Translations under genes and position numbers: made by a program
The notes under the pieces: generated by a model
What the model saw: the letters and a program-made list of their open reading frames with translations, nothing else
Told to the model about the DNA's origin: nothing
Databases searched by the model: none
Source: Rhabdothermincola salaria
GTDB lineage: Bacteria > Actinomycetota > Acidimicrobiia > Acidimicrobiales > Acidimicrobilacustridaceae
Reading direction: 5' to 3'
Assembly (NCBI RefSeq): GCF_021246445.1
Contig: NZ_JAJQXW010000002.1
Span: forward strand, 744,001-808,000
DNA: 64,000 bases
Shown here: one piece after another, positions 9,693 to 19,596 of the stretch
How the letters are laid out: the number at the start of each line of letters is the position of its first letter
Position numbering within the stretch: the first letter of the stretch is position 1

Positions 9693-9844
9693 TGCCAGTC
9701 GGCTGACTCGGGCTGTCAGGTGGCGGCGGGCAGGCGCAGCGTCGCCGCCACACCGTGTCCCGACGAGCCCGCGAGGAGGGCGCCATGGCCTCCGAGCGGC
9801 TAGGCAAGGGGCATTCTCAGATGACGACACGGGGGGATCTACAT

Positions 9845-10600
9845 ATGCGACGGTTCGAGCAGAAGGTCGTGCTGGTGACGGGGGCGGCATCGGGCATCGG
9901 TCGGGCGACCGTCGAGCGCCTGGCGGAGGAGGGCGCCACGCTGGCCTGCCTCGACGTGCAGGCCGACGCCGTCGAGGAGGTGGCCGCCGCCGCTCGCCAG
10001 GCCGGCGTCGAGGCCCGGGCCTGGGTGTGCGACGTGGCCGACCAGTCGGATGTCGCCCGGGTGGTCGGCGAGGTGGTGGAGGCCTTCGGCCGCTTCGACG
10101 TGCTGTGCAACATCGCCGGCATCATGCGGACCAGCCACAGCCACGAGGTCCCCCGCGAGCAGTGGGACCTCGTCATCGGCGTGAACCTCACCGGCACGTT
10201 CCTGGTGACCGAGGCATGCCTACCCCACCTCCTCGAGAGCAGGGGCAACATCGTCATGGCCGCCTCGACCTCGAGCCTGTCGGGCCACCCCTACATGCTC
10301 GCCTACGCCGCCTCCAAGGGCGGGATCCTCTCGATGACCTACACCCTGGCGGTGGAGTACGCCAAGCGAGGTCTGCGGGTCAACGCGGTCGCCCCGGGCG
10401 GGATCGAGACCCCGCTCAGCGCGGCGACCGGCGCCATGCTCCCGCCGGACTCGGACTGGTCGCTCTTCGGTCGGATCTCGCCCGTCGACCAGAACCGGGG
10501 CCCCGACACGGTGGCGAGCACCATCGCCTTCCTCGCCTCCGACGACGCCGCCCACGTCAACGGCGAGTACGTCCGCGTCGACGGCGCCACCCTGGCTTGA
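9845..10600 (+). CDS. SDR family oxidoreductase
   Basis: TGAASGIG, NIAG, YAASK, RVNAVAPG; start refined to ATG 9845. Confidence 0.93.
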   Translation: MRRFEQKVVLVTGAASGIGRATVERLAEEGATLACLDVQADAVEEVAAAARQAGVEARAWVCDVADQSDVARVVGEVVEAFGRFDVLCNIAGIMRTSHSHEVPREQWDLVIGVNLTGTFLVTEACLPHLLESRGNIVMAASTSSLSGHPYMLAYAASKGGILSMTYTLAVEYAKRGLRVNAVAPGGIETPLSAATGAMLPPDSDWSLFGRISPVDQNRGPDTVASTIAFLASDDAAHVNGEYVRVDGATLA

Positions 10601-10654
10601 GCAGGCCGTCCCCGACGTCGGGACGCCCACCCCATCCGCCGCCCACCGGTGTGA

Positions 10655-10702
10655 ACCTGTCGGGGATCTCGCGCCACCTGTGGGCGCACGTCTCCGACAG
10701 GT
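10655..10702. repeat. Imperfect long hairpin (REP-like or terminator)
   Basis: ACCTGTCGG...GCGCC...GGCGC...CCGACAGGT arms in the intergenic region. Confidence 0.45.
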
Positions 10703-10830
10703 ACGCGCGGGGGCGGGTCGGAAGGCGGGGAGCGTCGGCTGGTGAGTGGCGGTGGGGCGGGTCGGGAGGCGGTGCGTGCGACACTGGTGGGGTCCTTGTA
10801 TTCGAACCAACGGCGGGGAAAGCTCGACAC

Positions 10831-11094
10831 ATGGAACTGACCGATCGTGATCGGGCGATCCTGGACTTCGAACGCTCCTGGTGGAACGAGACGGGCCCCA
10901 AGGAGACGTTGATCCAGGAGAAGTTCGAGCTCTCGGCCACCCGCTACTACGAGGTCCTCGGTCAGCTCCTCGAGAGCCCCGAGGCCTACGAGTACGACCC
11001 GCTGGGCGTGCGTCGCCTGCGGCGCATGCGCGACCGCCGGCGCCGGGCCCGCCAGGAGTCTCGGAGCGAGACCACGGAGCAGCAAGGGCTGTGA
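10831..11094 (+). CDS. DUF3263 domain protein
   Basis: MELTDRDRAILDFERSWW...KE..I...F.LSATRYY...YDPL.V.RLRR. Confidence 0.88.
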   Translation: MELTDRDRAILDFERSWWNETGPKETLIQEKFELSATRYYEVLGQLLESPEAYEYDPLGVRRLRRMRDRRRRARQESRSETTEQQGL

Positions 11095-11606
11095 ACCCGC
11101 CGGCCGGCCCGGGCGGCTCCGAGCCGGCGCGCGACAACCTCGTCGGCGCCGTGCTCATCGTCATCGCCGTCGTCATCGGCGTGGTGCTGCTGGTGAAGGG
11201 CTACGACGAGGAGGGCACGCTGGTGTCCACCGGCGACGACACCGAGCAGGCGACCACGACCACCAGCGTCGACCCGGATGCCACCACCACCACGGTCCCG
11301 CCGGCGGTGCGACCGCCGGCCGAGGTGCCGGTGATGGTGGCCAACGGCGCCGGGGTCAGCGGCGCCGCCGGCACCCTGCAGGCCCAGCTCCAAGGCGACG
11401 GTTACACCCAGGTCGAGACCACCAACGCCTCGCCGGTCACCACCACGCTGGTCTACTTCGTGGAGGGGTCCCAGGCCGAGGCCGAGGCCCTGGCCACCAC
11501 CCTCGGCACCGACCCGGCCGCGGTCAGGGTGATGCCGGCCGAGCCGCCCGCCGATCCCGCCGGCGCCTCGCTGCTGGTCGTGCTGGGTCCCGACCTGGCC
11601 GCCTGA
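11091..11606 (+). CDS. LytR C-terminal domain membrane protein
   Basis: N-terminal TM, Thr-rich linker, VMVANGAGVSGAA...TLVYF...VVLGPD; GTGA overlap with DUF3263. Confidence 0.85.
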   Translation: MNPPAGPGGSEPARDNLVGAVLIVIAVVIGVVLLVKGYDEEGTLVSTGDDTEQATTTTSVDPDATTTTVPPAVRPPAEVPVMVANGAGVSGAAGTLQAQLQGDGYTQVETTNASPVTTTLVYFVEGSQAEAEALATTLGTDPAAVRVMPAEPPADPAGASLLVVLGPDLAA

Positions 11607-11609
11607 CGC

Positions 11610-12392
11610 GTGGCCACCGACCCGGCCGAGGCGCTCCTCGCCTTCGACGGTGTCCTGGCCGCGCCCCACCGGGCCGGGGTCTTCACCGACTTCGACGGCA
11701 CGCTGGCCGCCATCGTCGCCGACCCCGACACGTCGCGGCCGCTCCACGGGTCGGTCGAGGTCCTCGACCGGTTGGCCGGCGTGGTGGCCCGGGTGGCGGT
11801 GATCTCGGGACGCCCGGTGGCCTTCCTCGAGCGCTTCTTCCCCAGCTCGGTCACCGTCTCGGGTCTGTACGGCCTGCAGCGGGTGGTGGGCGGCACCCGC
11901 GACGACCATCCCGAGGCCGCCGCGTGGGCCCCCGTGGTCGACGAGGTGGTGACCGCCGCACGCGACGGCGGGCCCGACGGCATGCGCGTCGAGCACAAAG
12001 AGCTGTCGGTCACCCTCCACTACCGAGAGCACCCCGAGCTCGCCGGTGAGGTGGAGGCCTGGGCGGCGGCCGAGGCGGTGCGCACCGGGCTCGAGAAGAA
12101 CTCGGCGCGCATGTCGGTGGAGCTGCACCCACCGGTGCCCGCCGACAAGGGCACGGCCCTGCTCGACCTGGCCGACGGCTTGGCGGCGGTGTGCTTCCTG
12201 GGCGACGACGTGGGCGACCTGCCGGCGTTCGCCGCGCTCGACGTGCTGGCCGAGCGGGGCGTGGCCACGGTCAAGGTGGCCGTGTCCTCCGACGAGCAGG
12301 ACCAGCGCCTGGCCGACACCGCCGACGTGCACGTCGACGGGCCCGAGGGCGCCCTCGAGCTCCTCGGGGCCCTCGCCGACCGACTGACCTGA
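11610..12392 (+). CDS. otsB: Trehalose-6-phosphate phosphatase
   Basis: HAD motifs DFDGTL, VISGR, LHYR, DKG, GDDVGD. Confidence 0.93.
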   Translation: MATDPAEALLAFDGVLAAPHRAGVFTDFDGTLAAIVADPDTSRPLHGSVEVLDRLAGVVARVAVISGRPVAFLERFFPSSVTVSGLYGLQRVVGGTRDDHPEAAAWAPVVDEVVTAARDGGPDGMRVEHKELSVTLHYREHPELAGEVEAWAAAEAVRTGLEKNSARMSVELHPPVPADKGTALLDLADGLAAVCFLGDDVGDLPAFAALDVLAERGVATVKVAVSSDEQDQRLADTADVHVDGPEGALELLGALADRLT

Positions 12393-12436
12393 GCGCCGGG
12401 CGCTGAACGCCGGGCCCTGGATCTGGTCTGACGCCG

Positions 12437-13438
12437 TCAGCGGCGGAGGTCGGCGGCCACTTTGCGGAACGGGTACACCAGCTGGCGGCCGTAGGTGGCC
12501 AGCACCGCGGCGGGGCGGGTCGAGTGCTCCAGGGGGAAGTCCTGGTCGTCGATCCCCACCCCCGGGTACTCGTCGGCGGGGTGGTACTGGGTGCGGAACA
12601 GGCGGTCCCAGATGCTGCAGATGGCCCCGAAGTTCTTGTCCCAGTGCGGCTCCTGGGTGGAGTGGTGGATCCGGTGGGACTGAGGGGTGACGACGACGTA
12701 GCGCAGCGGCCCGAGGTTGGTGCGCAGGTTGGCGTGGGTGAAGCCCGTGAAGTACACGGTGCCCAGCGCCAACAGCAGGGCCGCCTCGTCGCCCAGCCCG
12801 AGCAGGCGGGCGGGCACGTAGGCGAGCGTGGCCGACACGATCGACTCGAAGAAGTGCACCCGGTTGTCGGTCAGCGCGCTCATGGCCCGCTGGGAGTGGT
12901 GCACCTGGTGGAAGCGCCACAGGGGCGGCACCTTGTGGCGCACCCAGTGGCTGAACCACATGAAGAAGTCGGCGAGGAGGAAGGCCAGCACGAAGGCGAC
13001 GGCGGTGCCCAGCGTGCCCTCGACGTCGAGGGCGGTGCCGCCGAGGGGACCGTCGTAGAGGGCGTCGAGCACGTGCACGTACCCGGCCACCAGGGTGAGG
13101 GTGAAGAAGGGGGCCAGCAGCAACCAGGCCAGGTCCTGGGCGCCGCCGGTGCTGAGCAGGCCCTCCCCCCGTCGTGCCGGCCAGCGCCACTCGAGCAGGG
13201 CGAGCACCGCCAGGAACACCCAGTAGGCAGGGTGCAGCACGGTGTGGGACCAGCCCTTGGCGACATCGCTCAGCAGCACGCCCCCGTTGGCCGACTGGAA
13301 GCGGTCGGCCAGGGCCGGGACGACGAGGGCCAGCGCGACGACGGCGGCGGCGAGGGCGGCGAACACGGCGACGCCCCGCCCGGTCAGGCGGATGCCGGTC
13401 TCGGTACCGGACGGCTCGGTGGGCTCGGCGGTGGTCAC
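12437..13438 (-). CDS. Sterol desaturase / fatty acid hydroxylase family membrane protein
   Basis: His boxes HWVRH, HQVHHS, THAN, HRIHHS; KNFG..SIWDRLF. Confidence 0.88.
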   Translation of the reverse strand: MTTAEPTEPSGTETGIRLTGRGVAVFAALAAAVVALALVVPALADRFQSANGGVLLSDVAKGWSHTVLHPAYWVFLAVLALLEWRWPARRGEGLLSTGGAQDLAWLLLAPFFTLTLVAGYVHVLDALYDGPLGGTALDVEGTLGTAVAFVLAFLLADFFMWFSHWVRHKVPPLWRFHQVHHSQRAMSALTDNRVHFFESIVSATLAYVPARLLGLGDEAALLLALGTVYFTGFTHANLRTNLGPLRYVVVTPQSHRIHHSTQEPHWDKNFGAICSIWDRLFRTQYHPADEYPGVGIDDQDFPLEHSTRPAAVLATYGRQLVYPFRKVAADLRR

Positions 13439-13445
13439 GAGCGGC

Positions 13446-14819
13446 TCACCCGGCGGCGTCGAGCTGCTCGTCGAGCCAGTCGGCGGGGCGCCGGGCGCCG
13501 GCCCTCGCCTTGAGCGCCCGACCCTCGTCGGCCCGCGCGGCCCGTCCGACGGCCAGGGCGTCGGCGAGGGCGTCGGCGGTGCCGCTCACGTCGTAGGGGT
13601 GCACGGCGCGGGCCACGTCGCCGAGGGAGTCCCAGATGCCGGCTTCGGGGCTGAGCAGCAGCAGCGCATCGCGGTCGTTGACCAGCGGCCCCTCGCTGGC
13701 GACGAGGTTCAGCCCGTCGCGGATGGGGTTGACGAGGAAGACGTCGGCCCGGCGCAGGGCGGCGACCGACCGGGGGAAGTCGTCGGTGGGGTCGAGGACG
13801 ATGGGCTCCCACCCGGGTGTCCCCCACCGCTCGTTGATGCGGCGCACGACCGTCTCGACCTCCTGGCGGTAGGCCAGGTACTCCGGCAGCCCCTCTCGTG
13901 AGGGGTAGACGAACGCCCCGAACACGACCCGCTCGCGCCACTGCGGATACCGCTCGAGCAGGTCCTCGTAGGCGGCGAAGCCGCGCAGGATGTTCTTCGA
14001 CAGCTCGATGCGGTCGACCCGGACCACGAAGGCGCGGTCGCCGACGAGGTGGTCGAGCTCGTCGAGGGCGGTGGCGCAGGCCGGTGACGCGGCCACCGCC
14101 CCGATGTCGTCGGGATCCGACGCGAGGGCGGACACGAAGGTGGTGGGGGTGCGGCCCAGCTGCTCGGCGCAGCAGGCGGCGAAGGCGTCGGCCCAACGGC
14201 GGCTGTGGAAGCCGCAGGCGTGGTGCCCGGCCATGCCCTCGAGCAGCTCGGCCCCGAGGTCGGTGGGCAGGACGCGCCACGTGTCGGGGTTGGCGAACGG
14301 GGTGTGGCTGAAGTGCACGGTGCGCAGGTCCGGCCGGCGCTGGGCGAGGATCCCGCCCACCAGGGCCAGGTGGTAGTCCTGCACCAGCACCGCCGCCCCG
14401 TCGGGTGCGTCGTCGGCCACCACCTCGGCGAAGGCGGCGTTGACGTCGCGGTAGGCCTGCCACGCCTCGCGGAAGCGGGTGTCGAAGCGGGGCCGGCGAG
14501 CCAGGTCGTAGAGGCCGTGGTGCAGGAACCACAAGGTGGCGTTGCACACCACGTCGTAGGCCATCCGGTACTGATCGGGGTCGATGGCGAGGCTGCGGAC
14601 GCGGAAGCCCTCGGCCTCCACCACCCCCTGTTCGGAGGCTCGCCGGTCCCCGTCGCTCATCGCGGCTGCCACCCAGGTGGCGTCGGTCCCGGCCACGAGC
14701 GGGCCGATGCCCGACACCAGCCCTCCGGCGCCACGCTTGGCGACCAGGTCCCCGCTGTCGGCGACCTGGAAGGTCACGGGACCTCGGTTGGACACGATCA
14801 CCACGGGTCGCTGGGCCAT
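13446..14819 (-). CDS. otsA: Trehalose-6-phosphate synthase
   Basis: VSNRGP, AGGL, VQDYH, HFSHTPF, RVDRIELSKN, RDGLNLVASE (GT20). Confidence 0.93.
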   Translation of the reverse strand: MAQRPVVIVSNRGPVTFQVADSGDLVAKRGAGGLVSGIGPLVAGTDATWVAAAMSDGDRRASEQGVVEAEGFRVRSLAIDPDQYRMAYDVVCNATLWFLHHGLYDLARRPRFDTRFREAWQAYRDVNAAFAEVVADDAPDGAAVLVQDYHLALVGGILAQRRPDLRTVHFSHTPFANPDTWRVLPTDLGAELLEGMAGHHACGFHSRRWADAFAACCAEQLGRTPTTFVSALASDPDDIGAVAASPACATALDELDHLVGDRAFVVRVDRIELSKNILRGFAAYEDLLERYPQWRERVVFGAFVYPSREGLPEYLAYRQEVETVVRRINERWGTPGWEPIVLDPTDDFPRSVAALRRADVFLVNPIRDGLNLVASEGPLVNDRDALLLLSPEAGIWDSLGDVARAVHPYDVSGTADALADALAVGRAARADEGRALKARAGARRPADWLDEQLDAAG

Positions 14820-14909
14820 GGGTGCGTTTTACCTGCTCTGAGCCCTCGGCTCGTCCCGACCGGCTGTCCGGCCGGGCCCGGTCGCCCCGAGCTGGGCCAG
14901 GATGGGGAC

Positions 14910-15914
14910 GTGCGCGTGCTGGTGGCCCCGGACAAGTTCAAGTCGACGGCCACCGCCGTCGAGGTGACGGAGGCGCTGGTGGCCGCCCTCGCCCGAGACG
15001 GTCACGAGGCGACCGGGGTGCCGATGGCCGACGGCGGGGAGGGCTTCCTCGACGCACTCGGTGGCCCCAACCGGGTGGCCACCGTGCGCGGGCCCCTCGG
15101 CGAGCCGGTGGAGGCGGCCTGGCGCCTGCACCGCCGGGCGGCCGTCATCGAGATGGCCCGGGCGTCGGGCCTGGCCCTGGTGGGGGGCCCGGAGGCCAAC
15201 GACCCGATCGGGGCCTCCACGGCCGGCACCGGTGAGCTGATCGCCCTGGCCGTCGAGTCGGGCGCCACCCGGGTCCTCGTGGGCGTGGGCGGTTCGGCCA
15301 CCACCGACGGCGGGTTGGGGGCGCTGGAGGCCCTGCACCCACCCCAACGGCTCCGGGGCGTCGAGCTCGTCGTGGCCTGCGACGTGACCACCTCGTTCGT
15401 CGACGCCGCCGCCGTCTTCGGTCCCCAGAAGGGGGCGTCGCCGGCCCAGGTGGAGCTGCTCTCCCGTCGCCTGGCTCGCCTCGCTCAGGTCTACGAGCGG
15501 GAGTCGGGCATCGACGTCACCGCCCTGGTCGGGGCCGGGGCCGCCGGAGGGCTGGCCGGGGGCCTGGCCACGGTGGGGGCCGACCTGGTCTCGGGCTTCG
15601 AGGTCGTCGCCGAGGAGGTGGGTCTCGACGAGCTCATGGAGGACGTCGACCTCGTCGTGACCGGTGAGGGCTTCCTCGACCAGGAGTCATTCGCCGGCAA
15701 AGTGGTGGGCGGCGTGACCGAGCTGGCGGCCGAGGTGGGCGTGCCCGTGCTGGCCGTGGTCGGCGAGGTGGTCGACCCCCTGCCCGCCCTGCCCGACCAC
15801 CTCACCGTGGTGTCGCTCAGCGAGCTCGTGGGCGCCGACGCCTCGCGGGCCGACCCCTGCGCCGCGGCGGTGCGAGCCGTGCTCGCCCACTGCGGCCCGA
15901 GCGACCGCCGCTGA
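14910..15914 (+). CDS. glxK: Glycerate kinase (GlxK family)
   Basis: VAPDKFK, PMADGGEG, GVGGSATTDGG, VFGPQKGA, GAGAAGG, TGEG. Confidence 0.9.
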   Translation: MRVLVAPDKFKSTATAVEVTEALVAALARDGHEATGVPMADGGEGFLDALGGPNRVATVRGPLGEPVEAAWRLHRRAAVIEMARASGLALVGGPEANDPIGASTAGTGELIALAVESGATRVLVGVGGSATTDGGLGALEALHPPQRLRGVELVVACDVTTSFVDAAAVFGPQKGASPAQVELLSRRLARLAQVYERESGIDVTALVGAGAAGGLAGGLATVGADLVSGFEVVAEEVGLDELMEDVDLVVTGEGFLDQESFAGKVVGGVTELAAEVGVPVLAVVGEVVDPLPALPDHLTVVSLSELVGADASRADPCAAAVRAVLAHCGPSDRR

Positions 15915-15921
15915 GGCGGGA

Positions 15922-16743
15922 TCAGTCGTCGCCCGCGGTGGCGAGGACGGCTCGGGCCCGGGCCGCGACGACCTCGTCGACCATGAGGCCCTCGAAGGCG
16001 ATGGTGGCGCCTCCCGCGTCGGCGAAGGCGGCGAGGAGGCGTCGGGCCCAGTCGAGCTCCTCGGCCGAGGGGAGGAACGCCTCGTTGGCCAGGCCGACCT
16101 GGGCCGGGTGGATGCACAGCTTCCCGGAGTAGCCGAGGGCCCGGGCCTGGCGGGCCTCGAGCACGAAGCGCTCGGCGTCGCCGAAGTCGAGGGTCACCAT
16201 GTCGAGGGCGGGCACGCCTCCCAGCCGGGCGGCCATGGCCACCGAGGCGCGGGCGTGGGCCACCTCGGCGTTGTCGGGGGTGCGCACCCCGCCGAGGTCG
16301 GCGACGTAGTCCTCGGCGCCGAAGTAGCAACCGACCACCGGGCCCTGCAGCAGGAGGCGGGCGTCGACCACGCCCCGCACCGTCTCCAGGCCCGCGACCA
16401 CCGGGCGGTCGCCGAGGAGGTGCTCGAGGCGATCCAGCTGCCCCACGGTCTCGACCTTGGGGACCACGACGGCGGCCAGATCGGCGGGCAGGGCGGCCAC
16501 GTCGGCCTCGAACCACTCGGTGCCGGGTGGGTTGACCCGCACGCACACGGAGAGCCCCGACGGCAGCTCGGCCCGCACGGCGGTGAGGCCGGCCCGGGCC
16601 TCGTCCTTGGCATGGGCGGGGACGGCGTCCTCGAGGTCGAGCACCACGGCGTCGGGCTCCGAGCGGGGTGCCTTGGCGGCCAGGTCCGGTCGGCTCGCGG
16701 GCACGAACAGCAGGCTGCGCCAGCGCCGGTCGACCGCGCTCAT
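15922..16743 (-). CDS. CitE/HpcH-family CoA ester lyase
   Basis: [42 protein letters not shown] 16743 overlaps MaoC stop. Confidence 0.9.
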   Translation of the reverse strand: MSAVDRRWRSLLFVPASRPDLAAKAPRSEPDAVVLDLEDAVPAHAKDEARAGLTAVRAELPSGLSVCVRVNPPGTEWFEADVAALPADLAAVVVPKVETVGQLDRLEHLLGDRPVVAGLETVRGVVDARLLLQGPVVGCYFGAEDYVADLGGVRTPDNAEVAHARASVAMAARLGGVPALDMVTLDFGDAERFVLEARQARALGYSGKLCIHPAQVGLANEAFLPSAEELDWARRLLAAFADAGGATIAFEGLMVDEVVAARARAVLATAGDD

Positions 16744-17210
16744 GCCGGGCGGCGCCGCATGAGCGCCGAACGCCGGCAACGGGCCACCAGGTCGTCGTGC
16801 TGGTTGAACGCCTGGTGCTCGAACTCGACGACGCCCTGGGTGGGCCGTGACGACGACGGTCGAGCGGAGAGGACCTCGGTGCGGGCGCGTATCGAGTCCC
16901 CGTGGAACACCGGTGCGGGGAAGGCGATCTCGCCGAACCCCAGGTTGGCCACGGTGGTGCCGTGGGTGGTCTCGTACACGGTGAGGCCGATGAGCAGCGA
17001 GAGCGTGTAGAGGCTGTTGACGACCCGCTGGCCGAACTCGGTCGTCTCCGCGAACGACTGGTCGAGGTGCAGGGGCTGGGGGTTCATGGTCATCACCGAG
17101 AACTGGGTGTTGTCCCACTCGGTCACGGTGCGGGTCACGGCGTGGTCGATCACCATGCCCGGGGTGAGATCCTCGAACCATCGGCCCATCGCCGGTCGCT
17201 CGGTCGCCAT
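16740..17210 (-). CDS. MaoC family dehydratase
   Basis: [15 protein letters not shown]...[20 protein letters not shown]. Confidence 0.9.
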   Translation of the reverse strand: MATERPAMGRWFEDLTPGMVIDHAVTRTVTEWDNTQFSVMTMNPQPLHLDQSFAETTEFGQRVVNSLYTLSLLIGLTVYETTHGTTVANLGFGEIAFPAPVFHGDSIRARTEVLSARPSSSRPTQGVVEFEHQAFNQHDDLVARCRRSALMRRRPA

Positions 17211-17294
17211 CGAGGTCCTCCGCGGTCGTCGGTGGGCGCGGCCGCCCGGCGGTCACGGTCAGCGTAGGGAGTGGCCGCCGGCCCTGCCGGATGG

Positions 17295-18257
17295 TCAGAG
17301 GGGGAGCAGGGGCGGGAGGCGGCGGCTGCCGGCCAGCTCCGCGCCCAGAGCCGCGGTCAGGGCCTTGGACGTGCCGAAGAGCGCATCGAGCACCAGCACC
17401 CGCCGCACGTGGCGGTGCAGCTCGTGCTCGGCGGTGAAGCCGATGCCGGCGAGCACCTGCTGGCAGTGCTTGGACGCCACCCTGGCCTCCCGTCCGGCGA
17501 CCGCCTTGGCCATGGCCGCGGTCCGGGCGGTGCCGTCGAGCCAGGCCGCGTCGACGAGGGCGTCGGCGGTCTCGATGGCCACGAGGGTGTCGGCCAGGCG
17601 GTGGCGCACCGCCTGGAAGGTGGCGATGGGCCGACCGAACTGCTCGCGCTCGAGGGCGTGCTCTCGGGCCAGCTCGAGCATGCGACGGCTCGCGCCGACC
17701 AGCTCGTGGGCCAGGGCCAGCTGGGCCCGGGCGACCGCAGCCGGCCACCCCTCGGCGACCGGCTGCGGCACGGCGGTGGCCTCGAGGCCCCGGGCGTCGA
17801 TCTCCTGAAGGCCCATCCAGGGGTCGATCCCCTCCACCGGTCGCCGCGGCAGCGACGCCGTGGGCACGGTCACCGCCACCACGTCGTCGCCGGCCGTGGC
17901 CACGACGAGCGCCTCGCTCCTGGAGGCGAAGGCGGCCAGGGCCGCCCCGTGCACGTGCAGGGTCCGACCCTCGAGGCGACCGGGAGCCGCCCATCGGCCC
18001 GCCGCCGGCAACACGATGCCGGTGTCGAGGTCGCAGTCGATCCCCAGCGCGTCGGCCACCACGCCGGTGAGGGCGTCGGAGGTGGCGTGCGCCCGACCCT
18101 GCAGGGCGAACAGCGACGACACGGCCGCTTGCGGATCGCTGCGCAGCGCGTCGGGCCACCCCAGGTCGTCGAGCGCGTGGTCGAGCTCGGCGCTGGAGCG
18201 CCGCTCGACCGCGGCGCGCAGGCTGCGTTCGAACAGGGCGAGGTCGTCGCCGTCCAT
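17295..18257 (-). CDS. Acyl-CoA dehydrogenase family protein (short partner subunit)
   Basis: REQFGRPIATFQAVRHRLAD, QVLAGIGFTAEH; divergent N-terminus; TGATG coupling with the upstream ACAD. Confidence 0.85.
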   Translation of the reverse strand: MDGDDLALFERSLRAAVERRSSAELDHALDDLGWPDALRSDPQAAVSSLFALQGRAHATSDALTGVVADALGIDCDLDTGIVLPAAGRWAAPGRLEGRTLHVHGAALAAFASRSEALVVATAGDDVVAVTVPTASLPRRPVEGIDPWMGLQEIDARGLEATAVPQPVAEGWPAAVARAQLALAHELVGASRRMLELAREHALEREQFGRPIATFQAVRHRLADTLVAIETADALVDAAWLDGTARTAAMAKAVAGREARVASKHCQQVLAGIGFTAEHELHRHVRRVLVLDALFGTSKALTAALGAELAGSRRLPPLLPL

Positions 18258-19387
18258 CAGCGGTCGCTCCCGAGGTCGAGGAGGCGGCGAGCGATGATGT
18301 TGCGCTGGATCTCCGAACTCCCGCCGTAGATCGAGGCGGCCCGCGAGTAGAGGAACTCGGCCCGCCATTGGCTGCTGGCCGGGTCGTCGCCGGTGGTGAG
18401 CTCGGCGGCGAGGGCGTCGGCGAAGAGGTCGAACACGGCCTGCTCGGTGGTGGCCAACAGCACCTTGTCGATCGAGGTCTCCGGCCCGAGGGTGCCCCCG
18501 TCGGCCATGCGGTGCTGGGTGGCGCGAGAACGGGCACGGAAGGCGTAGAGGGTCTGGGTGACCTCGCCCAGCCGCACCGGGTCGAGGCTGTCGGCCGGGG
18601 CCAGCTCGAGCAGTTGCTGGAGACGGCGGTGCAGGAAGGCGGCGCGCTGCCACAGGGCGGTGCTGCGCTCGTAGGGGAGCAGGTCCATGGCCACGCTCCA
18701 GCCCTGCCCTTCGGCGCCCAGCATGCGCTCGGCGGGCACGACCACGTCGTCGAAGAAGACCTCGGAGAACTCCTCGGAGCCGTGCACGGCTTCGATGGGG
18801 CGCACGGTGATCCCCGGCGAGTCCATGTCGACGAAGAGCCCGGTGATGCCCCGGTGGGCCGACTCCACGGTTCCGGTGCGGGTGAGCAGGACGCACCGCT
18901 CGGCGTACTGGGCCAAGCTCGTCCAGACCTTCTGGCCGGTCACCCGCCAGGTGTCGCCGTCGCGGACGGCCCGGCACGCCAGCGAGGCGAGGTTGGATCC
19001 GGTGCCCGGTTCCGAGAAGCCCTGGCACCACGTCTCGTCGCCCCGCAGCAGGCGGGGGACCATGATGGCCCCGAGCTCGGGCGAGGCGAAGTCGATCATG
19101 GTGGGGGCGAGCACCTCCTGCATCGAGAAGAGGCCGGGCTCGACCAGGTCGCGGGCCGTCACGGCCTCCTGGAGGTAAGCCCGCAGGAGGGTGGATCCAC
19201 CCAGGCCCCCGACCCGCTCGGGCCACCCGTGGCGCATCCACCCCGCGTCGAAGGCGAGCCGCTTCACCTTCTCGATCTGGGCCAGCTGCTCGTCCAGCGT
19301 GCCCTTGCCCTCGTGGGCGGGGGCCAACGCCTCGGCGTGGTGCTCGAGCCAGGCGTCGAGACCCGCTCGGTACTCGTCGAGGTCCAT
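18257..19387 (-). CDS. Acyl-CoA dehydrogenase family protein
   Basis: WCQGFSEPGTGSNLASL, GQKVWTS, EVFFDDV, SIYGGSSEIQRNIIA. Confidence 0.92.
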   Translation of the reverse strand: MDLDEYRAGLDAWLEHHAEALAPAHEGKGTLDEQLAQIEKVKRLAFDAGWMRHGWPERVGGLGGSTLLRAYLQEAVTARDLVEPGLFSMQEVLAPTMIDFASPELGAIMVPRLLRGDETWCQGFSEPGTGSNLASLACRAVRDGDTWRVTGQKVWTSLAQYAERCVLLTRTGTVESAHRGITGLFVDMDSPGITVRPIEAVHGSEEFSEVFFDDVVVPAERMLGAEGQGWSVAMDLLPYERSTALWQRAAFLHRRLQQLLELAPADSLDPVRLGEVTQTLYAFRARSRATQHRMADGGTLGPETSIDKVLLATTEQAVFDLFADALAAELTTGDDPASSQWRAEFLYSRAASIYGGSSEIQRNIIARRLLDLGSDR

Positions 19388-19596
19388 GAGGTGAGGTCGT
19401 CTCCGTCAGCTCGGGATCGCTTGGGGAGCGAGGCCGGTCGGGTCGGTCGCGTCGGCGGCCATTGTGGTCGCCGGGCCCGGTGGGCGCCGAGTTCGCAGCA
19501 CCGCCGGCCGGTGCTCGCGACCCTCGGTAGGGTCGATGCCGACGAGGGGGCGGGCGACGGCACGGCCGGACCCGACGACGACCGAGAGGGACCACC

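Noticed and set aside
9498..9720. Possible CRISPR array or integrated element at tRNA-Thr
   Set aside because: Repeats are short and degenerate with related interiors, there are no cas genes, and there is no integrase; only an 8-bp match to the tRNA 3' end (CTCGGGCT ~9707), which is not significant.
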